A DNA stretch of 32,000 nucleotides from an uncultured bacterium (GTDB lineage: Bacteria; Margulisbacteria; WOR-1; CAVSGV01), in contig OY969425.1 of assembly GCA_963699255.1 (NCBI GenBank), forward strand, positions 960,001 to 992,000. Reading direction: 5' to 3'. The notes beneath the pieces were generated by a model. It did no database searches. It saw only the letters and a program-made list of their open reading frames with translations, and was not told the DNA's origin. The position numbers and the translations under genes were made by a program. Position 1 is the first letter of the stretch, and each line of letters begins with the position of its first letter. This document shows positions 30,625 through 32,000 of this stretch, piece after piece.

Positions 30625-32000
30625 GTGCCGGGAAATAATATAGTTATTGGACTGGACATAGACGGAAAATCTGTCAAGTTCGCAAAGCTTAAGAAAACTG
30701 ACAGCGAAACGACCCTTTTAAAATACGCCGTCCGCGAAGTTCCCCCATCAGAAGATAAGATCAAAGCGGTCTCAGACATCCTTAAAGACCTGTTCAAGGG
30801 CGAAAGACAGGACACCGAAGTTTACACCTGCGCGTTCGGGACAAATGTTAGCTTAAAACGCCTGACCATCCCCGTGATGCCGGATGAAGAGATAAGGGAA
30901 GCCCTGCAGTGGGAAGCCAAAAACCTGGTCCCCTTCCCTATCGAGAATTCCACATTGGATTTCTACAAGATAGGCAAGATATCCGACAAGGCTGTGGAAA
31001 AGTATGACGTCATGTTCGCCGTCGCCGGTGAGGAATTGCTCAGCTTCCTGACCTCCGTCTCAAAAGAATCCGGGATCCGATTTTCAGGGATATCGCTTAT
31101 CCCTCTTGCGCTAAGCGCGCTCCTGCTCCACAACAAAAAGTTCGATAAAGATAAGATCAATGCCATCATAGATATCGGGGCCGAAGCTGCCAGCATAAAC
31201 CTTTTCAAAGGCGATGTGCTTAACTTCACAAGGGTGATAACCGTTGCAGGCGACTCCCTCACAAAAGCCATGACAGGGCTCCTTGTGGCTGACCGATGGC
31301 AGCTGAATCTGACCTATGAACAAGCCGAGGAAATAAAGAAAAAATACGGCATACCAAAAAAAGACACGACCGAGGTCACGGACAGCGGGATACCGCTGGT
31401 CCACATCTACGAGATGATGGCTCCAACACTGCGCAGGCTCCAGAACGAGATCCTAAGATCTTTCGATTATTATAAAGAGGAATTCAGGGAGGAAAAGATC
31501 GACAGAATATTCCTTACAGGCGGCACCTCACACCTGATCAATCTGGAAGAATTCCTCTCCAACGCGCTCGGAATAAAGGTAGAGACCTTAAATCCCTTTG
31601 AAAACCTGAAAATAGACCCATCATCAGGAATAGCCCCCGCAGCATTAAAAGAAGCGTCGCCAAGGCTTGCCCTTGCTGCAGGTCTTGCCCTGGAACAAAG
31701 CGAAAAAATAAATTTCCAGAGGAAAATGGAAAAGTCGCGAAAGCTGATAGGCCTGGAAGGGATGTTCGGCAAGATCAAATTAAAGATCCCGGTACAGATC
31801 CCGGTAAATCTTTTCGCCTATGGTTTAGTGGCGTTATTGATCCTTGCTTTCTCATATAACTTTTACCTGACAAGACTTAGGGATCACTACAAAAAAGAGA
31901 TCGCGTCAAAACAAGCCATTCTAACGGATGTTAAGACCCTTATTGACAAAAGAACGATCCTTGAACAGATCTCAAAGGAAGAAACCCACATAAGAGAAAC
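30625..32000 (+). CDS. pilM: PilM-PilN fusion protein (actin-like ATPase fold plus TM/coiled-coil PilN module), 3' end beyond window
   Basis: My own translation from GTG 30625 is open to base 32000 with no stop: (M)PGNNIVIGLDIDGKSVKFAKL...IDIGAEAASINLF...IFLTGGTSHLINLEEFLS... (PilM). It continues ...EKINFQRKMEKSRK...VNLFAYGLVALLILAFSYNFYLTRLRDHYKKEI... (PilN-like INLLP-type motif, TM, coiled coil). Absent from the track because it has no stop in the window. Confidence 0.85.
   Translation, partial: MPGNNIVIGLDIDGKSVKFAKLKKTDSETTLLKYAVREVPPSEDKIKAVSDILKDLFKGERQDTEVYTCAFGTNVSLKRLTIPVMPDEEIREALQWEAKNLVPFPIENSTLDFYKIGKISDKAVEKYDVMFAVAGEELLSFLTSVSKESGIRFSGISLIPLALSALLLHNKKFDKDKINAIIDIGAEAASINLFKGDVLNFTRVITVAGDSLTKAMTGLLVADRWQLNLTYEQAEEIKKKYGIPKKDTTEVTDSGIPLVHIYEMMAPTLRRLQNEILRSFDYYKEEFREEKIDRIFLTGGTSHLINLEEFLSNALGIKVETLNPFENLKIDPSSGIAPAALKEASPRLALAAGLALEQSEKINFQRKMEKSRKLIGLEGMFGKIKLKIPVQIPVNLFAYGLVALLILAFSYNFYLTRLRDHYKKEIASKQAILTDVKTLIDKRTILEQISKEETHIRE

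Overview
32-kb chromosomal segment of a diderm-type, probably uncultivated bacterium (about 50% GC; lineage cannot be assigned from sequence alone). No rRNA, CRISPR array, transposase or integrase was seen.

Gene content, left to right:
- Minus strand: the 5' part of an RND efflux permease (open at the window edge, absent from the ORF track) and a frameshifted TolC-like outer-membrane factor gene.
- An LTXXQ (Spy/CpxP-like) periplasmic protein and a His-rich 2-TM protein.
- Nitroreductase plus an SDR, and two small membrane proteins.
- A sigma-54-promoted operon: a 41-codon micro-ORF, an APC-superfamily permease with a covalently fused P-II domain, and a free P-II protein.
- Two exported polycationic proteins, a lipoprotein, a CmoA-like methyltransferase and a K+-independent H+-pyrophosphatase.
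- An orphan 411-aa protein divergent from a Ser-rich small ORF.
- rpoN, then an intact NtrC-type enhancer-binding protein (bEBP) whose DNA-binding end is a non-Fis winged helix. After it come a triple tandem repeat, a second sigma-54 promoter, a small protein, a bEBP paralogue with every ATPase and sigma-54-contact motif degenerate, and a HAD phosphatase.
- tRNA-Leu(UAA), a yabR-like S1 protein, ftsB/divIC and eno.
- A type IV pilus cluster: pilD | cheY-like, pilB, pilC | pilT | pilA-like | two minor pilins | a pilM-pilN fusion that runs off the window end and is also absent from the track.

Intergenic structure not explained by the genes:
- A 71-nt element conserved upstream of two exported-protein genes, with a third core copy nearby.
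- Several long, strand-skewed imperfect palindromes. Two of them are homologous MITE/REP-like copies with perfect terminal inverted repeats.
- A perfect 20-bp palindrome in the cheY-pilB leader.
- A hairpin element inside the 5' end of a minor pilin gene.

The most unusual candidates are the permease-P-II fusion operon and the rpoN / active bEBP / dead bEBP circuit.
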